From the IMG/VR virus record IMGVR_UViG_2740892235_000010, positions 1 through 32,931 of that record: DNA of 32,931 nt. One strand, written 5' to 3'. Shown here piece by piece: positions 17,675 through 26,302 of this stretch. The DNA comes from a virus (Duplodnaviria > Heunggongvirae > Uroviricota > Caudoviricetes). The translations under genes were made by a program, and so were the position numbers. Numbering within the stretch: position 1 is the first letter of the stretch; every line of letters starts with the position of its first letter. A model generated the notes under the pieces. The model saw nothing but the letters and a program-made list of their open reading frames with translations, was not told the origin of the DNA and ran no database searches.

Positions 17675-18087
17675 TGACTGTGCTGGTTGTGTTGTTATCA
17701 CTGGCGGTGGCCGGTCTGTTTCTGGTGAAACACAAAAATGCCAGCCTGCGCGCCTCGCTGGACAGGGCGAACAACGTCGCCAGCGGGCAGCAGACGACCA
17801 TCACCATGCTGAAAAATCAGCTTCATGTTGCCCTCACCAGAGCAGACAAAAACGAGCTGGCGCAGGTGGTACTGCGTCAGGAACTGGAGAACGCCGCGAA
17901 GCGTGAAGCACAGCGCGAGAAAACCATCACGAGGTTACTGAATGAAAACGAAGATTTTCGCCGCTGGTACGGTGCTGAGCTGCCTGATGCTGTGCGCCGG
18001 TTGCACCAGCGCCCCGCCTGCACTGACGCCAGTGATTGTCGCCAACGCCTGCCCGAAAGTGAGCCTTTGCCCGATGCCGGGCAGTGA
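17662..18087 (+). CDS. lysB: LysB (Rz-like spanin, inner-membrane component)
   Basis: 141 aa with an N-terminal transmembrane segment and coiled-coil. lysC is embedded in another frame. Confidence 0.7.
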   Translation: MSKLMTVLVVLLSLAVAGLFLVKHKNASLRASLDRANNVASGQQTTITMLKNQLHVALTRADKNELAQVVLRQELENAAKREAQREKTITRLLNENEDFRRWYGAELPDAVRRLHQRPACTDASDCRQRLPESEPLPDAGQ

Positions 18088-18232
18088 CCCGCAGACGAAC
18101 GGCGATTTAAGTGCCGATATCCGGCAGCTTGAGAACGCGCTGGCACGCTGTGCCAGCCAGGTAAAAATGATTAAACACTGTCAGGACGAAAACGATGCTC
18201 AAACCCGACAGCCTGCGCAGGGCGCTGACTGA
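17942..18232 (+). CDS. lysC: LysC (Rz1-like outer-membrane lipoprotein spanin)
   Basis: Starts inside lysB in a different frame. Lipoprotein signal with lipobox LCAGC (MKTKIFAAGTVLSCLMLCAGC). Confidence 0.65.
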   Translation: MKTKIFAAGTVLSCLMLCAGCTSAPPALTPVIVANACPKVSLCPMPGSDPQTNGDLSADIRQLENALARCASQVKMIKHCQDENDAQTRQPAQGAD

Positions 18233-18662
18233 TGCCGTCACGGTGCTGAAAACCAGTCCCGAGATGTTGCGGATATTCGTGGATAACGGGAGTATTGCCT
18301 CCACACTGGCGACGTCGCTGTCATTTGAAAAGCGTTACACGCTCAATGTCATTGTGACCGACTTTACCGGTGATTTTGACCTGCTCATCGTGCCGGTGCT
18401 GGCGTGGCTGCGGGAAAATCAGCCCGACATCATGACCACCGACGAAGGCCAGAAAAAGGGCTTCACGTTTTATGCGGACATCAACAATGACAGCAGCTTT
18501 GATATCAGCATCAGCCTGATGCTGACCGAGCGCACGCTGGTCAGTGAGGTGGACGGCGCGCTGCATGTGAAGAATATCCCGGAACCTCCGCCGCCGGAGC
18601 CGGTCACCCGCCCGATGGAGCTTTATATCAATGGCGAACTGGTGAGTAAGTGGGATGAATGA
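18195..18662 (+). CDS. R: Tail completion protein gpR
   Basis: 155 aa, as in P2 R. Confidence 0.8.
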   Translation: MLKPDSLRRALTDAVTVLKTSPEMLRIFVDNGSIASTLATSLSFEKRYTLNVIVTDFTGDFDLLIVPVLAWLRENQPDIMTTDEGQKKGFTFYADINNDSSFDISISLMLTERTLVSEVDGALHVKNIPEPPPPEPVTRPMELYINGELVSKWDE

Positions 18663-19107
18663 GTTTAAGCGTTTTGAAGACCGGCTGACCGGACTGATTG
18701 AATCGCTGTCACCGTCAGGGCGTCGGCGACTGAGTGCCGAACTGGCGAAGCGCCTGCGGCAGAGTCAGCAGCGTCGGGTGATGGCACAGAAAGCCCCGGA
18801 CGGCACACCCTACGTGCCACGCCAGCAGCAGAGCGCCAGAAAAAAGACTGGTCGTGTTAAGCGAAAAATGTTTGCGAAACTTATCACCAGTCGTTTTTTG
18901 CATATCCGCGCCAGCCCGGAACAGGCATCAATGGAATTTTACGGCGGAAAGTCACCGAAAATCGCCAGTGTGCATCAGTTCGGTCTGTCGGAAGAAAACC
19001 GGAAAGACGGTAAGAAAATTGATTATCCGGCGCGTCCCCTGCTCGGCTTTACCGGTGAGGATGTGCAGATGATTGAAGAGATTATTCTGGCGCACCTCGA
19101 CCGTTAG
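18655..19107 (+). CDS. S: Tail completion protein gpS
   Basis: 150 aa, as in P2 S. Overlaps the R stop. Confidence 0.8.
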   Translation: MNEFKRFEDRLTGLIESLSPSGRRRLSAELAKRLRQSQQRRVMAQKAPDGTPYVPRQQQSARKKTGRVKRKMFAKLITSRFLHIRASPEQASMEFYGGKSPKIASVHQFGLSEENRKDGKKIDYPARPLLGFTGEDVQMIEEIILAHLDR

Positions 19108-19108
19108 T

Positions 19109-19126
19109 TGTGCCATTCCCGACACC
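19109..19126 (+). promoter_or_regulatory. Candidate Ogr-dependent late promoter P_V (imperfect TGT-N12-ACC dyad)
   Basis: TTGTGCCATT...ACC in the S-V intergenic region, sharing the TTGTGCCATT half-site with the element upstream of FI. One mismatch to the TGT-N12-ACA consensus. Confidence 0.45.
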
Positions 19127-19173
19127 TCATCGTCACATTGCCGCCGGTATGACCCGGCGGCATCCTTCCCGTT

Positions 19174-19809
19174 ATGAACACTCTCGCAAATATTCAGGAA
19201 CTCGCGCGCGCACTGCGCAACATGATTCGCACCGGCCTTGTTGTCGAAACCAACCTTAACGCCGGTCGCTGCCGTGTGCAGACCGGCGGCATGTGCACTG
19301 ACTGGCTTCAGTGGCTGACCCATCGTGCCGGTCGTTCGCGCACATGGTGGGCACCTTCCGTGGGGGAGCAGGTGCTGATTCTGGCCGTGGGCGGTGAACT
19401 CGACACGGCGTTCGTTCTGCCGGGGATTTATTCCGGCGATAACCCCGCGCCGTCTGCGTCGGCGGATGCCCTGCATATCCGTTTCCCTGACGGAGCGGTG
19501 ATTGAGTATGAACCTGAAACCAGTGCACTCACGGTAAGCGGAATTAAAACGGCCAGCGTGACGGCTTCTGATTCTGTTACCGCCACGGTGCCGGTGGTCA
19601 TGGTGAAAGCATCAACCCGCGTCACCCTGGACACACCGGAGGTGGTCTGCACCAACAGGCTGATTACCGGCACGCTGGAAGTACAGAAGGGCGGGACGAT
19701 GCGCGGCAACATTGAACACACCGGCGGTGAACTCTCATCAAACGGTAAGGTACTGCATACCCATAAACACCCCGGCGACAGTGGCGGCACAACAGGGGAA
19801 CCTCTATGA
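19174..19809 (+). CDS. V: Baseplate spike/assembly protein gpV
   Basis: 211 aa, as in P2 V. Confidence 0.9.
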   Translation: MNTLANIQELARALRNMIRTGLVVETNLNAGRCRVQTGGMCTDWLQWLTHRAGRSRTWWAPSVGEQVLILAVGGELDTAFVLPGIYSGDNPAPSASADALHIRFPDGAVIEYEPETSALTVSGIKTASVTASDSVTATVPVVMVKASTRVTLDTPEVVCTNRLITGTLEVQKGGTMRGNIEHTGGELSSNGKVLHTHKHPGDSGGTTGEPL

Positions 19810-20153
19810 CTGCGCGTTATCTCGGAATGAATCGCAGTGATGGCCTGACGGTCACTGACCTTGAGCATATCAGCCAGAGTATCGGCGATATCCTGCGCAC
19901 ACCGGTCGGCTCGCGGGTGATGCGTCGTGATTACGGCTCGTTGCTGGCATCAATGATTGACCAGCCGCAGACCCCGGCGCTTGAGTTGCAGATTAAGGTC
20001 GCCTGTTACATGGCGGTGCTGAAATGGGAACCCCGCGTCACCCTGTCATCCGTCACCACTGAGCGCAGTTTTGACGGGCGAATGACGGTCACGTTAACCG
20101 GTCAGCACAACGACACCGGCCAGCCACTTTCGTTAACCATTCCTGTGAGTTGA
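19806..20153 (+). CDS. W: Baseplate wedge protein gpW
   Basis: 115 aa, as in P2 W. Confidence 0.9.
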   Translation: MTARYLGMNRSDGLTVTDLEHISQSIGDILRTPVGSRVMRRDYGSLLASMIDQPQTPALELQIKVACYMAVLKWEPRVTLSSVTTERSFDGRMTVTLTGQHNDTGQPLSLTIPVS

Positions 20154-20157
20154 AACC

Positions 20158-21066
20158 ATGCCGATTATCGACCTGAATCAGCTACCCGCACCGGATGTGG
20201 TCGAGGAGCTGGACTTTGAAACCATTCTTGCCGAACGCAAGGCGACACTGATTTCCCTTTACCCGGAAGACCAGCAGGAGGCGGTCGCCCGTACCCTGAC
20301 GCTGGAATCTGAGCCTCTCGTCAAACTGCTGGAGGAAAATGCTTATCGTGAGCTTATCTGGCGTCAGCGTGTGAATGAGGCCGCACGGGCGGTGATGCTG
20401 GCTTGTGCCGCCGGTAATGACCTTGATGTGATTGGTGCCAATTACAACACCACGCGCCTGATTATCACCCCAGCAGATGATTCGACTATCCCGCCGACAC
20501 CGGCAGTGATGGAATCTGACACCGATTATCGTCTGCGTATTCAGCAGGCTTTTGAGGGCTTAAGCGTCGCCGGGTCAGTGGGAGCCTATCAGTATCATGG
20601 ACGCAGTGCCGACGGGCGTGTCGCCGATATTTCTGTCACCAGTCCGTCTCCTGCCTGCGTCACCATCTCCGTGCTGTCACGTGAAAATAACGGTGTCGCA
20701 TCCGAAGACCTGCTGGCTGTGGTGCGTAACGCCCTTAATGGTGAGGACGTCAGGCCGGTGGCTGACCGTGTGACCGTGCAGTCTGCCGCCATTGTTGAAT
20801 ACCAGATAAACGCCACGCTTTACCTTTACCCTGGTCCCGAAAGCGAACCCATTCGCGCTGCCGCCGTGAAAAAACTGGAAGCGTATATCACAGCACAGCA
20901 CCGGCTGGGGCGTGACATCCGTCTGTCTGCCATTTATGCCGCTTTGCATGTGGAAGGTGTGCAGCGTGTCGAACTGGCTGCACCACTGGCCGACATCGTG
21001 CTCAACAGTACGCAGGCGTCTTTCTGTACCGAATACCGCGTCGTGACCGGAGGCTCGGATGAGTGA
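20158..21066 (+). CDS. J: Baseplate assembly protein gpJ
   Basis: 302 aa, as in P2 J. Confidence 0.9.
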   Translation: MPIIDLNQLPAPDVVEELDFETILAERKATLISLYPEDQQEAVARTLTLESEPLVKLLEENAYRELIWRQRVNEAARAVMLACAAGNDLDVIGANYNTTRLIITPADDSTIPPTPAVMESDTDYRLRIQQAFEGLSVAGSVGAYQYHGRSADGRVADISVTSPSPACVTISVLSRENNGVASEDLLAVVRNALNGEDVRPVADRVTVQSAAIVEYQINATLYLYPGPESEPIRAAAVKKLEAYITAQHRLGRDIRLSAIYAALHVEGVQRVELAAPLADIVLNSTQASFCTEYRVVTGGSDE

Positions 21067-21670
21067 TTCGCGACTGCTGCCGACCGGCTCATCACCGCTT
21101 GAAGTCGCCGCCGCAAAAGCCTGTGCGGAAATTGAAAAAACGCCGGTCAGTATTCGTGAGCTGTGGAACCCGGATACCTGTCCGGCAAATCTGCTGCCGT
21201 GGCTGGCGTGGTCATTTTCGGTTGACCGCTGGGATGATAAATGGCCGGAAGCGACAAAACGCGCTGTTATCCGCGATGCGTATTTCATTCACTGCCATAA
21301 GGGCACTATAGGCGCAATCCGGCGTGTGGTGGAGCCGCTCGGCTATCTGATTGAGGTGAGGGAGTGGTGGCAGCTCAACGAGGAGCCGGGGACGTTCCGC
21401 ATCGTTGTTGGCGTGCTTGAGCAGGGTATTACCGAGGAAATGTATCAGGAGCTGGAGCGCCTCGTTGCTGATGCAAAACCGGCAAGCCGCCATCTGACGG
21501 GACTGGCTATCAGCTTAAGTACAACCGGCAACATTTTTGCCGGTGCGGGATGCTATCACGGTGACGCCCTGACGGTTTATCCCTACACCCCGGAGGCCAT
21601 TATTGTCGGAGGGGATTATTTCCCGGCCTCGGCCATTCATTTAATTGATAACCTGAGAGTAAACGCATGA
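21059..21670 (+). CDS. I: Baseplate/tail protein gpI
   Basis: 203 aa. Position between J and H. Confidence 0.85.
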   Translation: MSDSRLLPTGSSPLEVAAAKACAEIEKTPVSIRELWNPDTCPANLLPWLAWSFSVDRWDDKWPEATKRAVIRDAYFIHCHKGTIGAIRRVVEPLGYLIEVREWWQLNEEPGTFRIVVGVLEQGITEEMYQELERLVADAKPASRHLTGLAISLSTTGNIFAGAGCYHGDALTVYPYTPEAIIVGGDYFPASAIHLIDNLRVNA

Positions 21671-23397
21671 CAGTGAAATACTACGCCATTCTGACTAATC
21701 AGGGCGCGGCACGGCTGGCTAACGCGACGATGCTCGGCAGTAAGCTGAATCTGACGCAAATGGCCGTTGGTGATGCGAATGGTGTCTTGCCGACACCAGA
21801 CCCGGCACAGACAAAACTGATTAACCAGAAACGCATCGCGCCGCTGAATCTTCTGAGTGTTGACCCGAACAACCAGAGCCAGATTATTGCGGAGCAAATC
21901 ATCCCTGAGAACGAGGGCGGATTCTGGATCCGTGAGATAGGTCTTTATGATGATGAAGGCGTACTCATTGCGGTGGCGAACTGTCCGGAAACGTACAAAC
22001 CACAGTTACAGGAAGGCAGTGGTCGTACCCAGACCATCCGTATGATTCTGGTCGTCTCGAATACCGAAGCCATCACGCTGAAAATCGACCCGTCAGTGGT
22101 GCTTGCGACCCGCCAGTATGTAGATCAGCAAATAGAAGTTCATGAGCAATCGCGCCGTCATCCATCTGCTTCTTTGACAGAAAAGGGATTTGTACGTCTG
22201 TATAGCGGTGTGGAAAGCAATGATGAAACAGTCGCTGCAACGCCAAAAGCAGTGAAAATAGCGATGGATAATGCCAGCGCCAGACTGGCAAAAGACCGCA
22301 ATGGTTCTGATATTCCCAATCCGGCACTGTTTGTTCAGAATCTGGGATTGAAAACGACTGTTGATAAAGCAGCATCAGCGATTCAGCCAGGAGATTATGG
22401 AATTGGTCTGGCTTATCTGAAAACCATGGGAACCAAATCGCAATTTTTTGCTTACAGTACAGCTGTCGGCTATCCAGAAGTGCCAACACATGGTGCTGGT
22501 TTCCAGGCCTGTTACAACGACAATCGGCGTGCACAAATTTATGTCGCTAATGATGGCAAGATGTACTGTCGATTCAGCATGTTATCGAAAATTGCCGATG
22601 ATGAAACACCGTGGAATCAGGTGTTCACCAGTGCACATTATCCAGAAGCATCAGTGAGTGTTAAAGGAATGGTGCAACTGGGGAACGATGTAAACAGCGT
22701 GTCAGAAAATGTTGCGGCGACATTGAAAGCGGTAAAAATTGCGATGGACAACGCCAGTGCGAGACTGGCAAAGGACCGCAATGGTGCTGATATTCCTGAC
22801 CCGACTTTGTTTATTCAGAATCTGGGACTTAAACCGACGGTTGATAAGGCTGAAAGTGCTCTGCAACAGGGAGCATACGGAATCGGTAGCAATAATAACT
22901 ACGAAATGGGTGAGGTTTCACAGTTTCTTGCATATTCAGGTAATGCAGATGAAGTGCCATCGAATGGTGCAGGTTTTCAGGCTGCGTATAACAAGAACAG
23001 ACGCGCGCAGATTTTCATCACCGGAGCAGGGGAAATGTATCACCGTTTCAGCGGCTCTGATACGGTTAAAGACAGTACAACACTATGGCGTCGGGGTGTT
23101 TGTGAAGATGAATTTTCATTTGGCAGCAATTATCACCGAATAACTGGCGGTGTGCTGAAGCAGTTTTTTAACAGTTATTTTTCCGGGGCAACTGGTGTGG
23201 TGAATAAAGAGTATCAGGTGAATTTTCCGACACCATTTGCCCGTCAGTGCTGGTACGTGATCCCCGTTTTCCGTTCGTCACACGGTGGGAGTGTTGAGGG
23301 TGTCGCCATTACAGCTATTACTGCAACTGGCTTTACCCTGAGCATCACCGGAGATAACGGTGGATGGAATATTGGGTTTATTGCGGAGGGGGTCTGA
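21667..23397 (+). CDS. H: Tail fibre protein gpH (contains an internal ~160-aa duplication)
   Basis: 576 aa. Position after I and before the tail-fibre assembly gene. Its 3' end lies inside the duplicated sequence flanking the N gap. Confidence 0.85.
   Translation: MTVKYYAILTNQGAARLANATMLGSKLNLTQMAVGDANGVLPTPDPAQTKLINQKRIAPLNLLSVDPNNQSQIIAEQIIPENEGGFWIREIGLYDDEGVLIAVANCPETYKPQLQEGSGRTQTIRMILVVSNTEAITLKIDPSVVLATRQYVDQQIEVHEQSRRHPSASLTEKGFVRLYSGVESNDETVAATPKAVKIAMDNASARLAKDRNGSDIPNPALFVQNLGLKTTVDKAASAIQPGDYGIGLAYLKTMGTKSQFFAYSTAVGYPEVPTHGAGFQACYNDNRRAQIYVANDGKMYCRFSMLSKIADDETPWNQVFTSAHYPEASVSVKGMVQLGNDVNSVSENVAATLKAVKIAMDNASARLAKDRNGADIPDPTLFIQNLGLKPTVDKAESALQQGAYGIGSNNNYEMGEVSQFLAYSGNADEVPSNGAGFQAAYNKNRRAQIFITGAGEMYHRFSGSDTVKDSTTLWRRGVCEDEFSFGSNYHRITGGVLKQFFNSYFSGATGVVNKEYQVNFPTPFARQCWYVIPVFRSSHGGSVEGVAITAITATGFTLSITGDNGGWNIGFIAEGV
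22181..23055 (+). repeat. Diverged tandem duplication (~480-bp unit) inside tail-fibre gene H
   Basis: GCGATGGATAATGCCAGCGCCAGACTGGCAAAAGACCGCAATGG at 22261 reappears as GCGATGGACAACGCCAGTGCGAGACTGGCAAAGGACCGCAATGG at 22741, exactly 480 bp later. Matching protein segments run from ...AATPKAVKIAMDNASARLAKDRNG... to ...RRAQIYV... Confidence 0.85.
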
Positions 23398-23567
23398 TGA
23401 GTTATTTTTACAGTCCANNNNNNNNNNCCACACGGTGGGAGTGTTGAGGGTGTCGCCATTACAGCTATTACTGCAACTGGCTTTACTCTGAGCATCACCG
23501 GAGATAACGGTGGATGGAATATTGGGTTTATTGCGGAGGGGGTCTGATGAGTTATTTTTACAGTCCA
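23279..23567. repeat. 139-bp direct duplication flanking a 10-N scaffold gap (23418-23427); probable assembly artefact
   Basis: 23279-23417 and 23429-23567 are identical except for one mismatch (23337 C vs 23487 T), separated by the N run. Confidence 0.9.
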
Positions 23568-23981
23568 TCAAGAAATGCATTTTATAACAGTGAACTGAAA
23601 TCTGATTATTACGATGCTCTCGATGCGTGGCCGGATGACTGTATTGAGGTAAGTGATGCAGTCTATCAGGAGTTTTATCTTGGTTATCGGGAAGGGTACA
23701 AAATGGTTGCAGGCACTGATAACCAGCCATCATGGGAAGAACGTCCACCATTGACCCATGAGGAACAGGTGGAACAGGCAGAAATGATGAAACAGATGCG
23801 CATTAATGAGGCTAACAACCTGATTAATGAAAAACAATGGCCATCAAAATTACAGCTTGGCAGGCTGAACGAAATGGAGACAACCAGATTTAATGCGATG
23901 CTGGATTATCTTGAGTTACTTGAAAATATTAATGTAAGTGATGCCCCGGATATAGTCTGGCCTTTATCACCAGAAGTCTGA
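23547..23981 (+). CDS. G: Tail fibre assembly protein gpG
   Basis: Starts MSYFYSPSRNAFYNSEL at ATG 23547, overlapping the duplicated H stop by 1 nt. Position after H. Confidence 0.8.
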   Translation: MSYFYSPSRNAFYNSELKSDYYDALDAWPDDCIEVSDAVYQEFYLGYREGYKMVAGTDNQPSWEERPPLTHEEQVEQAEMMKQMRINEANNLINEKQWPSKLQLGRLNEMETTRFNAMLDYLELLENINVSDAPDIVWPLSPEV

Positions 23982-23986
23982 ATACA

Positions 23987-24004
23987 TCCCCGCGTCTGCG
24001 GGGA
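23987..24004 (+). terminator. Weak hairpin after G (possible terminator)
   Basis: TCCCCGC-gtct-GCGGGGA stem-loop 6 nt after the G stop. The trailing T-tract is poor. Confidence 0.35.
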
Positions 24005-24020
24005 TTCCTGTATCCGCCGT

Positions 24021-24038
24021 TGTGCCATTTTTCATACA
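24021..24038 (+). promoter_or_regulatory. Ogr-dependent late promoter P_F activator site (TGT-N12-ACA)
   Basis: TGT at 24021-24023 and ACA at 24036-24038 with a 12-nt spacer. Lies about 90 nt upstream of the FI start, consistent with a -55 centred activator site. Confidence 0.55.
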
Positions 24039-24113
24039 AACCACATAACGTGCATCCTGCTCGTATCAACCAGAACATAGGCAGACCCCCTCTACTACCG
24101 GAGAGACTGCCTT

Positions 24114-25286
24114 ATGGCTCAGGATTACCACCACGGGGTGCGCGTTGTTGAAGTCAACGAAGGCACCCGATCCATTACCACGGTGAGCACCGCCATCGTG
24201 GGTATGGTCTGCACGGGCGATGATGCCGATGCAAAAATGTTTCCTCTTAACAAACCTGTGCTGATCACTGATGTGCTGACTGCCAGCGGTAAAGCGGGTG
24301 AGTCCGGCACGCTGGCCCGTTCGCTGGATGCCATCGCTGACCAGGCAAAACCCGTGACCGTTGTTGTGCGTGTGCCGCAGGGGGAAACGGAAGACGAAAC
24401 CACGACTAATATCATCGGCGCAGTGACCGCTGAAGGTAAAAAAACTGGCATGAAAGCCCTGTTATCTGCCCAGTCACAGCTCGGGGTGAAACCGCGCATT
24501 CTGGGTGTACCAGGTCACGACACCAAGGCGGTAGCTACTGAGTTGCTGAGCGTGGCGCAAAGCCTGCGTGGGTTTGCTTACCTGTCAGCGTATGGCTGCA
24601 AGACGGTGCAGGAGGCGCTCACTTACCGTGAAAACTTCAGCCAGCGAGAAGGGATGCTGATTTGGCCTGACTTTACTGGCTGGGACACGGTGTTGAATGC
24701 TGAAGCAACGGCATATGCCACCGCCCGTGCGCTTGGTCTGCGCGCCAAAATTGATGAGCAGACCGGATGGCACAAAAGCCTGTCCAACGTGGGCGTGAAC
24801 GGTGTCACCGGAATTTCTGCAGATGTGTTCTGGGATCTGCAGGGCCCGGCAACAGATGCAGGTCTGCTGAACCAGAACGACGTCACCACGCTTATCCGTA
24901 AAGACGGTTTCCGCTTCTGGGGTTCCCGCTGCCTGAGTGATGACCCGCTCTTTGCCTTCGAAAACTACACCCGCACGGCGCAGGTACTGATGGACACGAT
25001 GGCAGAAGCGCATATGTGGGCGGTGGACAAACCGCTGAACCCGTCGCTGGCCCGCGACATTATCGAAGGTATCCGCGCCAAAATGCGCAGCCTGGTCAGT
25101 CAGGGCTATCTCATTGGTGGTGATTGCTGGCTGGACGAGTCGGTGAATGACAAAGACACGCTGAAAGCCGGAAAACTCACCATCGACTATGACTACACGC
25201 CAGTGCCGCCACTTGAAAATCTGATGCTGCGTCAGCGCATCACCGATCAGTACCTGGTGAATTTTGCCAGCCAGGTCAGCGCGTAA
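24114..25286 (+). CDS. FI: Contractile tail sheath protein gpFI
   Basis: 390 aa. Sequence closely matches P2 FI as recalled (DYHHGV...[11 protein letters not shown]...). Confidence 0.95.
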   Translation: MAQDYHHGVRVVEVNEGTRSITTVSTAIVGMVCTGDDADAKMFPLNKPVLITDVLTASGKAGESGTLARSLDAIADQAKPVTVVVRVPQGETEDETTTNIIGAVTAEGKKTGMKALLSAQSQLGVKPRILGVPGHDTKAVATELLSVAQSLRGFAYLSAYGCKTVQEALTYRENFSQREGMLIWPDFTGWDTVLNAEATAYATARALGLRAKIDEQTGWHKSLSNVGVNGVTGISADVFWDLQGPATDAGLLNQNDVTTLIRKDGFRFWGSRCLSDDPLFAFENYTRTAQVLMDTMAEAHMWAVDKPLNPSLARDIIEGIRAKMRSLVSQGYLIGGDCWLDESVNDKDTLKAGKLTIDYDYTPVPPLENLMLRQRITDQYLVNFASQVSA

Positions 25287-25295
25287 GGGGACAAC

Positions 25296-25811
25296 ATGGC
25301 TTTACCACGCAAATTAAAACATCTGAACCTGTTTAACGACGGGAACAACTGGCAGGGGATCGTAGAGTCTCTGACGCTGCCGAAATTCACCCGCAAATAT
25401 GAGAAGTATCGCGGCGGCGGAATGCCGGGTGCAGTGGATGTGGATCTGGGGCTGGATGACGGCGCACTGGATACGGAATTTTCCATTGGTGGTACTGAAC
25501 TGCTGCTGTTTAAGCAGATGGGCAAAGCCACGGTGGATGGTATCCAGTTGCGCTTTACCGGCTCTATCCAGCGTGACGATACCGGGGAAGTGCAGGCCGT
25601 GGAGCTTGTGGTGCGTGGACGTCACAAAGAAGTGGATTCCGGCGAGTGGAAGACGGGCGAAAGCAACACCACCAAAGTGACCAGTACCAACAGCTACGCG
25701 AAGCTGACTATAAATGGTGAGGTGCTCTATGAAGTGGACCTTATCAACATGGTGGAAATTGTGGACGGTGTGGACCTGATGGAAGCGCACCGCAACGCCC
25801 TCGGCCTCTGA
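25296..25811 (+). CDS. FII: Tail tube protein gpFII
   Basis: 171 aa, as in P2 FII. Follows FI. Confidence 0.95.
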   Translation: MALPRKLKHLNLFNDGNNWQGIVESLTLPKFTRKYEKYRGGGMPGAVDVDLGLDDGALDTEFSIGGTELLLFKQMGKATVDGIQLRFTGSIQRDDTGEVQAVELVVRGRHKEVDSGEWKTGESNTTKVTSTNSYAKLTINGEVLYEVDLINMVEIVDGVDLMEAHRNALGL

Positions 25812-25865
25812 TGTATCTGAACGGCGCGGGATACCGCGCCAGAACCCAATTTACAGGACAGCAAA

Positions 25866-26168
25866 ATGAGCGATAAGCAGACTGAAAAGACTATTCAACT
25901 GGATACCCCCATCAAGCGCGGTAAAACAGAAATCACCGAAATTGTGCTGCGTAAACCGCAGTCCGGTGCGCTGCGCGGTACACGCCTGCAGGCCATTATG
26001 GATATGGATGTGAACGCGATGATGACCGTGATCCCCCGCATCTCCAGTCCGGCACTGACTGCACAGGAAATTGCAGAGATGGACCCGGCAGATCTCACTG
26101 CCATGTCGGTTGAGGTTGTCACTTTTTTGTTGAAGAAGTCGGTGCTTGCCGGTTTACCGACAGCCTGA
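25866..26168 (+). CDS. E: Tail assembly chaperone gpE
   Basis: 100-aa ORF directly upstream of the tape-measure gene, containing a T6G slippery site near its 3' end. Confidence 0.85.
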   Translation: MSDKQTEKTIQLDTPIKRGKTEITEIVLRKPQSGALRGTRLQAIMDMDVNAMMTVIPRISSPALTAQEIAEMDPADLTAMSVEVVTFLLKKSVLAGLPTA

Positions 26169-26302
26169 CGGTTGACGATCTGGTGGCTGATATCGCCACC
26201 ATCTTTCACTGGCCGCCATCCGTTACTGACGTTATGCCGCTGACCGAAGTGCTGGAATGGCGGTATAAAGCGATTCAGAGAAGCGGGGCCAACGATGAGT
26301 GA
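25866..26302 (+). CDS. E': gpE+E' extended chaperone produced by -1 programmed frameshift at T_TTT_TTG (26123-26129)
   Basis: Slippery heptamer in the E frame. The -1 frame stays open to TGA 26300-26302, overlapping the T start at 26295. Conserved arrangement in P2-like phages. Confidence 0.6.

Noticed and set aside
23279-23567. Possible CRISPR-like or genuine tandem repeat
   Set aside because: Only two copies, 139 bp long, separated exactly by an N run. No short repeat-spacer periodicity. Consistent with unmerged contig overlap, not a CRISPR array.
23244-23751. Minus-strand ORFs whose translations contain X residues
   Set aside because: They run through the 10-N scaffold gap and the duplicated flank. 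Products of the assembly artefact, antisense to H and G.
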